Shown piece by piece: positions 36,842-46,851 of a stretch of 64,000 nt of DNA. Position 1 is the first letter of the stretch. Each line of letters starts with the position of its first letter. The position numbers were made by a program, and so were the translations under genes. The notes below the pieces were generated by a model. That model was not told the origin of the DNA. It was given only the letters and a program-made list of their open reading frames with translations, and searched no databases. Location: the NCBI GenBank assembly GCA_047602575.1, contig JASGGY010000001.1, positions 142,413 to 206,412 of the forward strand, given 5' to 3'. The stretch is from Oscillospiraceae bacterium (GTDB taxonomy: Bacteria > Bacillota > Clostridia > Oscillospirales > Ruminococcaceae).

Positions 36842-37028
36842 CACGCTCCGGATGCGTTTAGCTTGACGGGAAACAGTCGTCCATCTGTCCGTAGTTATGG
36901 CTTTACGCGTGGAAGGATGGGGGTGCTTTTCACCTTAAAAATACTGATCCGTCGGCGCTTTGACGGGTGGTTATTAAGTATACCTATGAAAGTACGTAAA
37001 ATGTTAATTAATTATCTCTCGAAAAGCC

Positions 37029-37057
37029 TTGACGCGGGCGGCGTGGTATAGTATAAT
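37029..37057 (+). promoter_or_regulatory. putative sigma-A promoter of ilvBNC
   Basis: TTGACG (37029-37034), a 17-nt spacer, then TATAAT (37052-37057). Confidence 0.55.
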
Positions 37058-37166
37058 TACACTTACACGCAAATCACCGCCCGAAAAAGCGGGGCTGACC
37101 GGTTGAAAGATTCAACCAATCCGGTTCTCGCCGGCAGAGCTTTGCAAATAAAGGAGGCGACTTACT

Positions 37167-38775
37167 ATGAAAGCCAGTCAGGCGATGGCGGAATGTTTGA
37201 AAGCGGAGCAGATTAAAGTCGTCTTCGGGTATCCGGGCGCTGCGATCTGTCCGTTTTATGACGCGCTGATGGACACCGACATCCGCCACGTTCTCGTGCG
37301 GCAGGAAGCAAACGGCGGTCACGCGGCGAGCGGTTATGCGCGCGTGACGGGAAAGCCCGCGGTTTGCATCGCGACCAGCGGACCGGGCGCGACAAATCTG
37401 CTCACGGCGATTGCCACGGCTTATGCGGATTCGATTCCGCTGGTTGCGATCACCGGTCAGGTCAACTGCGACCAGATCGGCAGCGACGCGTTTCAGGAAG
37501 CGGACATCACTGGCTCGGCGGAACCCTTTGTCAAACACAGCTTTCTCGTGAAAAACGCGCAGGACATTCCGCGCGTGTTCAAGGAAGCGTTCTATATCGC
37601 CGGTTCAGGCAGACCCGGTCCGGTGCTCATCGACGTGCCGATGGACGTGCAAAATGTGGAGATTGATTTTTCTTATCCCGAAAAAGCCGACATCCGCAGC
37701 TACCGCCCGACCGGAAAGGGCAACTATGCGCAGATTAAAAAGGTGCTGAAAACGCTCGAAGCGGCGCAGAAGCCGCTCATCTGCATCGGCGGCGGTGTGT
37801 TCAACGCCGGCGCGCAGGAGGAAATCAAGGCGCTTGCACGCAGGATGAACATTCCCGTGATCACGACGATGATGGGGCTGTCGGTGTTTGAGAGCGATGA
37901 CCCGCTGTTTTTCGGAATGCTCGGAATGCACGGCGTGAAAGCGGCGAATTTCGCGGTCAACGGCTGCGACGTGCTGTTTTTAGCCGGTGCGAGGGTGGGC
38001 GACCGCGCGGTGCGCACGCCGCTGAAGCTTGCGGAAACCACGACCATCATCCACATCGATGTTGACCCCGCCGAAATCGGCAAGAACATCAAGACCGACA
38101 TTCCGCTGGTGGGCGATGCGAAGCTTGTTCTGGGGCAGCTGCTCGAAGCTTGCGCAGGAAGCGGCGCATCCGCTGTGGATTGAGAAGCTTTCCGCGCTGA
38201 AAAAAGCACCGGAATTCAAGGATGTGCCGGCTGGCACGGTCAACCCGCGTGAATTCCTGTACAAGCTTTCTCTTGCGGCGGACGCGCGGACGATTCTCGC
38301 GGCGGACGTGGGGCAGAGCCAGATCTGGGCGTCGAATTACTGGCAATCACGCGGCGGGCGCTTTCTGACCAGCGGCGGCATGGGAACGATGGGCTATTCC
38401 GTTCCCGCGGCGATCGGCGCGAAGCTTGCCGCACCGGACAAGCCCGTGATCGCGCTTTGCGGCGACGGCGCGTTTCAGATGTGTCTGATGGAGCTTGCCA
38501 CTGCCGTTCAGCACGGCGCGGACATCGGCATTGTTGTGATGCAGAACGGGTTTCTCGGCATGGTACGCGAGGTGCAGACCAGGCAGTACGACGACCGGCA
38601 GATCGGCGTAAGCTTAGACGGCTCGCCGGATTTCATCGCGCTGGCGCGGGCTTACGGCTTTGAAGCGATGCGCGTGACCAACGCCGAAGAAGCGGAAACG
38701 GCGATCGGGCGGCTTGCCGGCGGCGGCAGGTTTTTTGTCGAGTGCGTGGTTGATCCGCTGGCATCGACGCTATAA
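37167..38775 (+). CDS. ilvB: acetolactate synthase large subunit, apparent frameshift near 38131-38150
   Basis: ORF 37167-38183 (GYPGAAICPFYDAL, GPGATNL) and ORF 38029-38775 (GGMGTMGYSVPAAIGAKLA, GDGAFQM ThDP motif) overlap in different frames. The junction is around ..GDAKLVLGQLL / KLAQEAAHPLWIEKL. Confidence 0.85.
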
Positions 38776-38795
38776 AACTTGGGGAGGATAGATGA

Positions 38796-39293
38796 ATGAA
38801 ACATACCATTTCGGTTTTGGTGGAGAACCATGCGGGCGTGTTGTCGAGAATTTCGGGACTGTTTTCGCGGCGCGGATTTAACATTGACAGCCTTGCGGTG
38901 GGTGTGACCGACGACCCGAACATTTCCCGTGTGACCATCATTGCAGACGGAAACGATTATACCGTTGAACAGCTCGAAAAACAGCTCAACAAGCTCATTG
39001 ATGTGATTAAAGTAAAAACCCTCGGCACGGACGAGCTGATTGCGCGGGAGCTGTTGCTGGTGAAGCTTGCGGTGAGTGCGGAAAAGCGCAGCGAGGTTAT
39101 GACCATCGCGGAAATCATGGGAGCAAATATTATTGATATGTCCCTGACCACGATGACGCTCGAAATCGCCGATACCTCTGCGCATTTACAGCGTTTTGAA
39201 GCGCTCGTCAAGCCCTACGGCGTGATGGAAATGGTGCGCACCGGCACAATTGCCATCCAAAAGGGCACGGAAACCATTGCACCGAAAAAGTAA
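38796..39293 (+). CDS. ilvN: acetolactate synthase small (regulatory) subunit
   Basis: 165 aa ORF with ISVLVENHAGVLSRISGLFSRRGFNIDSLAV (ACT domain). Confidence 0.85.
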   Translation: MKHTISVLVENHAGVLSRISGLFSRRGFNIDSLAVGVTDDPNISRVTIIADGNDYTVEQLEKQLNKLIDVIKVKTLGTDELIARELLLVKLAVSAEKRSEVMTIAEIMGANIIDMSLTTMTLEIADTSAHLQRFEALVKPYGVMEMVRTGTIAIQKGTETIAPKK

Positions 39294-39375
39294 GCAACAA
39301 GCATTTTAAGCTTTGCGGCAGCATTTACTGCAATACGGAGCTGAAAATATAAATTAAAATCGGGAGGAAAAGAAA

Positions 39376-40377
39376 ATGGCAAAAATTTATTATCAGCAGG
39401 ACTGTGATTTGAGTTTCCTTGGCGGCAAGACCGTCGCAATCATCGGCTACGGCAGTCAGGGACACGCACACGCACTCAACCTGCACGAGAGCGGCGTTGA
39501 CGTTGTGGTTGGACTTTATACCGGCAGCAAGAGCTGGGCGAAAGCGGAGGCGGCAGGGCTCAAGGTCGCAACGGCGGCTGACGCGGCGAAAGCAGCTGAC
39601 ATCATCATGATTCTCATCAACGACGAAAAGCAGGCGAAGCTTTACACCGACAGCATCGCCCCTTATCTGACCGAGGGCAAAACCCTTGCGTTCGCGCACG
39701 GCTTCAACATCCACTTCAAGTGTATCGCCCCGCCGGCAAACGTGGACGTCATCATGGTTGCGCCCAAAGGCCCCGGACACACGGTGCGCTATGAGTATCA
39801 GGAGGGCAAGGGTGTTCCCTGTCTGGTTGCCGTTCATCAGGATTACACCGGCAGCGCGATGAAAACCGGACTTGCTTATGCGGCTGGCATCGGCGGCGCG
39901 AGAGCGGGCGTGCTGGAAACCACGTTCCGTCAGGAAACCGAAACTGACCTGTTCGGCGAGCAGGCAGTGCTTTGCGGCGGCGTAACGGCGCTGATGAAAG
40001 CCGGCTTTGAAACGCTGGTAGAAGCAGGCTATGACCCCCAGAACGCATATTTTGAGTGCATTCACGAAATGAAGCTGATTGTCGATTTGATTTATCAGGG
40101 CGGTTTCTCGAGAATGCGTTATTCGATCTCTGATACCGCGGAATACGGCGATTATCAGATCGGAAAGCGCATCATCACCGACGAAACCAAGAAGGAAATG
40201 AAAAAGGTTCTGCGCGAAATTCAGGACGGAACCTTTGCGCGCAACTGGATTCTTGAGAACCAGTGCGGCCGTCCGAACTTCAACGCAACCCGTACCCTCG
40301 AGTCCGAGCACGAGCTTGAAAAGGTCGGCGGCGAGCTGAGAAAGCTCTATAGCTGGAACAAAGAGCTGACGGACTAA
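39376..40377 (+). CDS. ilvC: ketol-acid reductoisomerase
   Basis: 333 aa ORF with [17 protein letters not shown] and class I KARI sequence throughout. Confidence 0.9.
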   Translation: MAKIYYQQDCDLSFLGGKTVAIIGYGSQGHAHALNLHESGVDVVVGLYTGSKSWAKAEAAGLKVATAADAAKAADIIMILINDEKQAKLYTDSIAPYLTEGKTLAFAHGFNIHFKCIAPPANVDVIMVAPKGPGHTVRYEYQEGKGVPCLVAVHQDYTGSAMKTGLAYAAGIGGARAGVLETTFRQETETDLFGEQAVLCGGVTALMKAGFETLVEAGYDPQNAYFECIHEMKLIVDLIYQGGFSRMRYSISDTAEYGDYQIGKRIITDETKKEMKKVLREIQDGTFARNWILENQCGRPNFNATRTLESEHELEKVGGELRKLYSWNKELTD

Positions 40378-40399
40378 TTTCCTACCCCTCAGAAAAATC

Positions 40400-40435
40400 A
40401 AACCGGCAGCATCGCTTTGATGCTGCCGGTTTTTG
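40400..40435 (+). terminator. intrinsic terminator of ilvC
   Basis: CCGGCAGCATC-GCTTT-GATGCTGCCGG followed by TTTTT. Confidence 0.8.
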
Positions 40436-40436
40436 A

Positions 40437-40814
40437 CTGTAGATAAAACCTCCCAAAGGGGGCGTTGCCCCCTCTGGACTCCCTCACCAAAGGGTACAAG
40501 TACCCTTTGGAAACCCGTCGTTTCAGGGATTAACTTTGTTTTGTTTAGCGGATTTGTGTTTTCGCTACTACTTCGTGATTTCACAGGGCGCTCGAAAAAA
40601 GAGTATAGACTTTTTATTCAGTCTGGACTAAATCCTTTCTCCCTAAAAAATCAAACCGGCGGCATTTGCGCTATATTCCCCATATAAGAATTAAAGTACA
40701 AGTAATTGACAAACTGAAAAAGACTACAAAACATAAAAAACAAAAACAAAGGGTTTCCAAAGGGGGCATGCCTCCTTTGGTGAGGGAGTCCAGAGGGGGC
40801 AACGCCCCCTTTGG
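40437..40814. mobile_element. MITE-like element with ~64-bp terminal inverted repeats built from two stacked hairpins (arms A6 and A7)
   Basis: Left end at 40453-40516 reads CCAAAGGGGGCGTTGCCCCCTCTGGACTCCCTCACCAAAGGGTACAAGTACCCTTTGGAAACCC. Right end at 40751-40814 is its reverse complement with few changes. The ~234-bp AT-rich interior has no ORF. Confidence 0.6.
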
Positions 40815-40830
40815 TCATAGCCGGTATTTG

Positions 40831-41424
40831 TTACGGAACGAGCGGCTTGTAGAAATGCTGGTAGTCCTTTTCGTCCGTCCAGTCGCCGCCCCAGAGCCAG
40901 CCGTGGGCTGCGAACAGTTGGAAACACAAGTCGTCGTGCGTGATTTTATGCGGGAAATCCTGCGAACGGTCGACATAATCCTTGGCGGCGGCGGGCATGA
41001 CAAAGCCGCGCGCGAGGTAGGGGTTATACAGCGGGTTGATGTCCACGGCAAGCCCCAGACTGTGCAGGGAGAGCGTGGCGGTGTGCGCGATGCAGCGGTA
41101 GCAGAACGCGGAGGAATTGTTGGCGGTCATCGAGCGCTCATCGTCCGCACCGTAATCGTCGATCAGGCGGATTTGCTCGATCGGATATCGGTTTTCGTAA
41201 AGCGCTTTGAAGATCGCCAAAACATCGTCGGCAACTTCGGCATTGACAATCAGCTCGCCGGTGTGGGTTTCACCGTCAAAGCCCGTGTGCAGAACCGTAA
41301 GATGGCGCAGCTGCGCGGGGGTGATGTGCGGATTTTCGCGGTAGGAAACGCCGTTGATGCGCGCGAAAACCTGCGGGGTGATTTCCTGCGCAAAAAATCC
41401 TGCAGCGGTGTTTGTAATTTCCAT
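40831..41424 (-). CDS. M15-family (VanY/D-Ala-D-Ala peptidase-like) zinc metallopeptidase
   Basis: 197 aa ORF with SLHSLGLAVDIN (SxHxxGxAxD) and GGDWTDEKDYQHF. Confidence 0.7.
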   Translation of the reverse strand: MEITNTAAGFFAQEITPQVFARINGVSYRENPHITPAQLRHLTVLHTGFDGETHTGELIVNAEVADDVLAIFKALYENRYPIEQIRLIDDYGADDERSMTANNSSAFCYRCIAHTATLSLHSLGLAVDINPLYNPYLARGFVMPAAAKDYVDRSQDFPHKITHDDLCFQLFAAHGWLWGGDWTDEKDYQHFYKPLVP

Positions 41425-41564
41425 TCCAGCCCCGTCCTTTCCGGATTCGCCTCGTCAGGTGTTCTGACTGATATAAATATATGAAACAGCGTTCTATTTA
41501 TGAATACATATGTTTCATAACTCTTACGAAATGTAAATATTCCGCATTAGTTTAAGAAAAGCAC

Positions 41565-41595
41565 TTGACTTATAGCCCGCTCTATGGTATATAAT
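41565..41595 (+). promoter_or_regulatory. putative sigma-A promoter of the ABC exporter pair
   Basis: TTGACT (41565-41570), a spacer, then TGGTATATAAT (extended -10 region). Confidence 0.5.
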
Positions 41596-41726
41596 ACACC
41601 ACGGAACGAAAAAAAGCAAGGGTGTTTCGACAAAATCATACAAAAAAACGAAATCGTTAACGGAAACCGTTTTCATGCCGGCGGCTGGAAATTTTCTGCC
41701 GCGGTTTCCGGTAGTGGAGGAGAAAA

Positions 41727-43496
41727 ATGTTTCTCATCAGATGGATGTGGACCAACTTAAAAGGCTACCGCGCGGTTTACATCACCGCGCTGGGGTTCAC
41801 GGTGCTGTGCAATGCAATGTACATCACCACGCCTTATTTTTCGCAGAAAATCATCGACACCTTCCTGTCCTCCAGCGACGCGATGGCGAACATCACCGAA
41901 AAGCGCACGCTGTTTCTGGAGCTTCTGGCGGGGATGGTTGTGTTCACGCTGCTGCGCACGGTGCTGCAGTACAGCACGAACATGATTTATGAGTATTCGT
42001 CACAGGGCACGATTTTCAAAATCCGCGCGAAGCTGTTTGAGAACGTCCTCGGGCAGGATATGCAGTATTACGACAAGAACCGCACCGGCGACCTGATGAC
42101 GCGCCTGACCGGCGACCTGGACATGGTGCGCCACTGTATGTCATGGATCATCAAGAGTATCGTCGAGTGCGTCGCGCTGTTTACGGCGACCTCGGTGTAC
42201 TTCCTGCTCACCAACTGGAAAATGGCGATTTGCCTGCTTGCCATCACGCCGCTGATCTTCATCGTGACGACCCTGTTCCGGAAAAAGGTGCGCCCGCTGT
42301 ATTTCAATCTGCGCGAGCGGCTTGCCGGGCTGAACACTGCCGCACAGGAGAACATCTCCGGCAACCGCGTGGTGAAAGCCTTTGCCCGCGAGGAATACGA
42401 AAAGCAGCGCTTCGGCGAAAAGAACAAGGAGTTCTCCGCCGCCAATAAAACCGCCGCGCTGACGTGGCTGAAGTTCTCGCCCTTTGTGGACGGGCTTGCC
42501 GAGGCGATGCAGGTATCCATGCTGCTGGGCGGCGGCGTGCTGCTCATTCAGGGAAGCCTTGCGCCCGGCGAGTATGTGGCGTTCTCCTCCCTGATCTGGA
42601 CGCTGGCAAACCCCATGCGGCAGTTCGGTATGCTGGTGAATGACCTCCAGCGCTTCACCGCGTCGGCGAATAAAATCATCGAGATTTATTATGCCCGCCC
42701 CACGGTTGTGGACAGGGCGGACGTCGCCGAGCCGGACGGACGGATGCGCGGGGACATCGAATTTTCCCACGTCAATTTCAGCTTTGACCGTACCGAGGTG
42801 CTACACGACATCAGCTTCTCTGTCAAAGCCGGCGAAACCGTCGCCATCATGGGTGAAACCGGCAGCGGTAAAACGGCACTCATCAACCTTATCCCGCGTT
42901 TTTACAACGTCACCTCCGGCGTTATCCGCATTGACGGCACGGACATCCGCCTGCGTAAGCTGCGCGGACTGCGCCGCAGCATCGGTCTGGCTACACAGGA
43001 TGTGCTGCTGTTTTCTGACACCATCGACGGCAACATCGCATTCGGCAATTCCGACCTGCCAGAGGAGGACGTGCGCGGTTATGCCGAAGCCGCCGCCGCA
43101 TCGGAGTTCATCGATGCCATGCCCGAGGGCTATAACACCGTCATCGGCGAACGCGGCGTGGGACTTTCCGGCGGACAGAAGCAGCGCATTTCCTTAGCAC
43201 GCGCGCTGGCGATCCGTCCGGCGGTGCTGATTTTAGACGACACGACCTCCGCCGTGGACATGGAAACCGAAGCACACATTCAGGAAAGCCTGAAAAACCT
43301 CGACTTCCCCTGCACAAAGCTCATCATCGCCCAGCGGATTTCTTCCACGAAGGAAGTGGATAAAATCATCATTCTGGAAAACGGCAGAATCACCGAAATG
43401 GGCACGCACGCCGAGCTGCTGCAGAACAAGGGCTATTATTACGACGTGTTCATGCTGCAGAACGAGGGCGCGAAAACAGAGGAGGTGACCGCATAA
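41727..43496 (+). CDS. ABC exporter, fused permease/ATPase subunit (heterodimer partner 1)
   Basis: 589 aa ORF with six TM helices, then GETGSGKT, LSGGQKQRISLARAL and LILDDTTSAVD. Confidence 0.85.
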   Translation: MFLIRWMWTNLKGYRAVYITALGFTVLCNAMYITTPYFSQKIIDTFLSSSDAMANITEKRTLFLELLAGMVVFTLLRTVLQYSTNMIYEYSSQGTIFKIRAKLFENVLGQDMQYYDKNRTGDLMTRLTGDLDMVRHCMSWIIKSIVECVALFTATSVYFLLTNWKMAICLLAITPLIFIVTTLFRKKVRPLYFNLRERLAGLNTAAQENISGNRVVKAFAREEYEKQRFGEKNKEFSAANKTAALTWLKFSPFVDGLAEAMQVSMLLGGGVLLIQGSLAPGEYVAFSSLIWTLANPMRQFGMLVNDLQRFTASANKIIEIYYARPTVVDRADVAEPDGRMRGDIEFSHVNFSFDRTEVLHDISFSVKAGETVAIMGETGSGKTALINLIPRFYNVTSGVIRIDGTDIRLRKLRGLRRSIGLATQDVLLFSDTIDGNIAFGNSDLPEEDVRGYAEAAAASEFIDAMPEGYNTVIGERGVGLSGGQKQRISLARALAIRPAVLILDDTTSAVDMETEAHIQESLKNLDFPCTKLIIAQRISSTKEVDKIIILENGRITEMGTHAELLQNKGYYYDVFMLQNEGAKTEEVTA

Positions 43497-45279
43497 TGGC
43501 ACGCAATAAATTTGACATCGACGAGGAGCTGGAGTCCCCCCTTTGATTTCTCCCACCTCAAGCGCTCGTATGTTTACATAAAAAAATACAAGCACAAAAT
43601 GATCACCGCGCTGGTGCTGTCGGTGCTTGCAGCGGTTTCGGGGCTTGTCGCGCCGATCATCGTCCAGCACGCGCTCGACCATGCGATCCCCGAAAAAAAC
43701 ATCCCGCAGCTCATCCTCACCGCAGGGCTGCTGGTGCTGACCATCGGGGTGTCGATCACGCTTTCCACCATCCGCGGGCGGATTCTCACCGTCGTGGGGC
43801 AGGACATCATTTTTGACATCCGCACCGATGTGTTCGCGCATTTACAGGAATTGCCGTTCCAATACTACGACGACCGCCCGCACGGAAAAATCCTTATCCG
43901 CGTGGTCAACTACGTCAACTCCGTGTCGGATATGCTCTCAAACGGCATCATCAACATCATTCTCGAATTCATGAATATGTTCTTTATCACCATCTTCATG
44001 TTTATGGTCAACGCACGGCTTTCGTTGGTGATTCTGGCGGGTGTGCCGTTCTTCGTGCTATTCATGGGGCTAATCAAAAAGCGCCAGCGCCGCGCGTGGC
44101 AGGCGGTTTCCAACAAAAGCTCGAACCTTAATGCTTACTTACAGGAAAACATCACCGGTGCGCGGGTGACGCAGATTTTCGTCCGCGAGGAAGAAAACGC
44201 CGGCATTTTCAACAAGCTTTCCGCCAACTACCGGCGGGAATGGATGAAGGCAGTGAAGTACTCCAACCTCGTCTGGCCGACGGTGGACAACATCTCGAAC
44301 ATCGTGCGCGCGGGGCTGTTCTTCGTAGGGCTGCTCGTGATTGGACCGGCGGGGATTACATTCGGCACAATCGTCGCCATGACCTCCTACGGCGCGCGCT
44401 TCTGGCAGCCGATTTTGAACCTCTCGAATCTTTACAACAACTTCATCAACAACATCGCGTATCTCGAGCGCATTTTTGAAACCCTCGACGAACCGGTGAC
44501 GGTCAAGGACGCACCGGACGCGCATCAGATTCCCGCGCTCACGGGTGCGGTGCGCTTTGAGGACGTAACATTTTCGTATGACGAAAGCAAAACCGTACTC
44601 GAGCACGTCAGCTTTGACGTAAAAGCCGGCGAAAGCATTGCGCTGGTTGGTCCGACGGGTGCGGGAAAATCCACAATCGTGAGCCTGCTGTCGCGGTTTT
44701 ACAACGTCAGCGATGGAAAGATTACCATCGACGGACACGACATTTCCGCCGTAACGCTCAAAAGCCTGCGCGAGCAGATGGGCATCATGCTGCAGGACAG
44801 CTTTATTTTCAGCGGAACAATTTTGGATAATATCCGCTACGGCCGCCTTGACGCGACCGCCGACGAAATCCGCTCCGCCGCGAAAACTGTCTGCGCCGAC
44901 GGCTTTATTTCCGCGATGGAGGACGGCTATCTGACCGAGGTCAACGAGCGCGGCTCAAAGCTTTCGCAGGGGCAGAAACAGCTTATTTCGTTTGCGCGCA
45001 CGCTGCTTTCCGACCCGAAAATCTTGATTCTTGACGAAGCGACCTCCAGCATCGACGCAAACACCGAGCGCCTGCTCCAGCAGGGGCTTGCGCGGCTGCT
45101 CGAAGGGCAGGACGTCCTTCATCATCGCCCACAGGCTTTCAACCATCAAAAACTGCGATCGGATTCTCTACATCGACCGCAAGGGCATCACGGAAGCCGG
45201 CACGCACGACGAGCTGATGGCGAAAAAAGGTGCCTATTATGCCCTCTACACCGCCCAGCACGAGGAAGTCCCCGCTTAG
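43496..45279 (+). CDS. ABC exporter, fused permease/ATPase subunit (partner 2), two apparent 1-nt frameshifts
   Basis: ATG 43496-43498 overlaps the upstream stop (TAATG): MARNKFDIDEELESP then a shift in a C6 run (43535-43541) into ORF 43512-45299 (GPTGAGKST, LSQGQKQLISFARTL, LILDEATSSID). A second shift in a GGG run (45105-45107) leads into ORF 45031-45279 (..[21 protein letters not shown]..). Confidence 0.8.
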
Positions 45280-45296
45280 GGAACATAGATCAACGC

Positions 45297-45430
45297 TAGT
45301 CAGGGGGCGCTGCCCCCCGACACCTCCTGCCAAAGGGTACAAGTACCCTTTGGAAACCCATTGTTTTATAGTTTATACTTTGATTTTCTTTGCTATTTTG
45401 TGCGAGAGCTGTTGTTTTGTGCTTCTATAT
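45297..45430 (+). repeat. hairpin-stack repeat (arm A8) between the ABC exporter stop and the terminator
   Basis: GTCAGGGGGCGCTGCCCCCCGAC (45299-45321), CCAAAGGGTACAAGTACCCTTTGGAAACCC (45330-45359), and a tail with a TTTTGTGCGA box. Confidence 0.75.
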
Positions 45431-45440
45431 AAGGCGATAA

Positions 45441-45485
45441 AAAACGCTTGTGTGTGGTTTTTTACCAAACGCAAGCGTTTTTTGT
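45441..45485. terminator. bidirectional hairpin terminator between the ABC exporter and ribU
   Basis: AACGCTTG...CAAGCGTT stem flanked by an A-run upstream and TTTTTG downstream. Confidence 0.55.
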
Positions 45486-45492
45486 TATGTAA

Positions 45493-46125
45493 TTAGCACT
45501 TTCCGCGCAGAACCGGCGCAAGCTTTTTGTAAACCAGCAGTGTGATGAACACGCTGGCAAGACCTTTGATGAAGGTGAAGGGCAGGTTAAAAATCAGCAG
45601 GCACTTGAGCAGGGTGGAAGCCGCGGGGAGGATTGCTTTGTACATTCCCACCACCACGGGGATGGGGAAGCCCACAAAGCGCTCGTACATGGGGTAGATC
45701 AGGAAGAGGTTGATCGGCACGCTCGCCGCCGCCATCAACATCGCCCCGCCCAACGCGCTGAGAATCGCCGCGGTGCGCGTTTTCACGCGCTTGTAAATCA
45801 GCCCCGCGGGCAGAATGAACGCCGTTCCCATCAGGAAGTTTGACAGCTCGCCGATGCCCATACTTTGGCTGAACGGCAGGTGAACGAGGTTTTTCACCGC
45901 GCACACCACAATGCCGGAGAGCGGACCGAACGTAAACGCTGCGATCAGCGCAGGCAAATCGGAAAAATCAAACTTGATGAATGCCGGCATCAGCCCGGGC
46001 AGGGGGATTTCCAGAAACATCAGAATCGCCGCCGCCGCGCCCAGCATGGCGGTGGAGGTCATTTTGCGGATATTGCGGGCTTTTTGGTTGACTTTCGGAT
46101 CGGTACTGCAGTTCATAGGGATCAT
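45493..46125 (-). CDS. ribU: ECF transporter S component, riboflavin-type (RibU-like)
   Basis: 210 aa multi-TM ORF (..FLEIPLPGLMPAFIKFDFSDLPALIAAFTFGP..) directly downstream of an FMN riboswitch. The start may be ATG 46114-46116, which has better SD spacing. Confidence 0.75.
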   Translation of the reverse strand: MIPMNCSTDPKVNQKARNIRKMTSTAMLGAAAAILMFLEIPLPGLMPAFIKFDFSDLPALIAAFTFGPLSGIVVCAVKNLVHLPFSQSMGIGELSNFLMGTAFILPAGLIYKRVKTRTAAILSALGGAMLMAAASVPINLFLIYPMYERFVGFPIPVVVGMYKAILPAASTLLKCLLIFNLPFTFIKGLASVFITLLVYKKLAPVLRGKC

Positions 46126-46171
46126 TTCCTTTCAAAATTAATATCGCTATAGGAAACAGCAGTACCCGCTT

Positions 46172-46211
46172 TTTTGAAAACAAAAGCCCCCGCACGTAAA
46201 ACGAACGGGGG
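46172..46211 (-). terminator. intrinsic terminator (expression platform of the FMN riboswitch)
   Basis: Minus strand reads GCCCCCG-TTCGTTTTACGTG-CGGGGGC followed by TTTTGTTTTC. Confidence 0.7.
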
Positions 46212-46231
46212 CACAGCTTTGCCGTACTGTT

Positions 46232-46349
46232 GTTTCTCTCATCCGGACTATAACCGTTGGTACCGGAATCTAACCGGTTCGGCGGGATTCCTCAGAAATC
46301 CCGTTCGCGGACTTTACCGCCAGTGTGGAGTTGCACCACGCCCCGAAAC
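46232..46349 (-). promoter_or_regulatory. FMN riboswitch (RFN element)
   Basis: Minus strand reads TTCGGGGCGTGGTGCAACTCCACACTGGCGGTAAAGTCCGCGAAC...GAACCGGTTAGATTCCGGTACCAACGGTTATAGTCCGGATGAGAGAAAC. This matches RFN conserved blocks (GGGGC.GGGT, CGGCGGTA..GCCCGCGA-like, GGT.A.ATTCC, GACAGTATAGTCTGGATG-like, AGAAG-like). Confidence 0.85.
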
Positions 46350-46377
46350 AAATATGAAATTGTGTGTAAGATTAGCG

Positions 46378-46851
46378 TTAGGTGTCGCTTTTCTCCGGTT
46401 CGGCTTCCTCGTCCTCGATGTCGTTGAAGTCGAATTCCAGCAGCTGTCCGCAGTTCGGGCACTCGATCGAGCCTTCCTCTACGATGTTTTCGCCGATGCA
46501 GAGGCTGTCGCCGCAGTTTGTGCAGACGCATTCATACATCTGCTCGTCCTCAAAGTCGTCGAAATACTCCTCGTCGTCCTCATCCTCGTCGTCGTCGCAT
46601 TCGTCGCAGTTACAATCGCAGTCGTCGTCGCACTCGAACACGGCTTCTTCAACCTCGCCCAGATCCGCGTCGAGAATGTCAACCAGCTCGACAACCTCGT
46701 CAAGCTCCTCGGACAAATCGGTCACGCTCAGCGCCAGCTCCTCAAGAACCTCCGCCATTGCGGCAAGGATTTTGCCTTCCTTCGTGGTCAGGTCAGGCTC
46801 AAGCCCGTCCATCAGCCCTTTTAAATAGGAAACCTTTTCGGTCAGATTCAT
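46378..46851 (-). CDS. acidic zinc-ribbon protein (resembles the clostridial CD1247 N-terminal-domain family)
   Basis: 157 aa ORF MNLTEKVSYLKGLMDGLEPD.. with an extremely Asp/Glu-rich centre and C-terminal CxxC...CxxC (CTNCG..CPNCG). Confidence 0.55.
   Translation of the reverse strand: MNLTEKVSYLKGLMDGLEPDLTTKEGKILAAMAEVLEELALSVTDLSEELDEVVELVDILDADLGEVEEAVFECDDDCDCNCDECDDDEDEDDEEYFDDFEDEQMYECVCTNCGDSLCIGENIVEEGSIECPNCGQLLEFDFNDIEDEEAEPEKSDT

Noticed and set aside
36986-37166. Leader peptide, T-box or attenuator upstream of ilvB (for example the small ORF MKVRKMLINYLSKSLDAGGVV at 36986-37051)
   Set aside because: The small ORF lies upstream of, and overlaps, the best promoter (37029-37057) and has no Ile/Leu/Val codon run. 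The leader is only about 100 nt, too short for a T-box, and has no terminator U-tract.
39325-40584. 419-aa minus-strand ORF opposite ilvC, running into the repeat at 40437
   Set aside because: It is antisense to canonical ketol-acid reductoisomerase. It crosses the ilvC terminator and a repeat element, and no family resemblance is present.
40391-40668. AAAAATCAAACCGGC(A/G)GCAT at 40394-40413 and 40646-40665, considered as a target-site duplication flanking the repeat insertion
   Set aside because: The two copies do not abut the element ends. The first is the left arm of the ilvC terminator. The second lies inside the element interior, and a related motif (GGCGGCATAAAGCGC) occurs in the interior of the 52535-52880 unit. 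It is more likely interior homology than a TSD.
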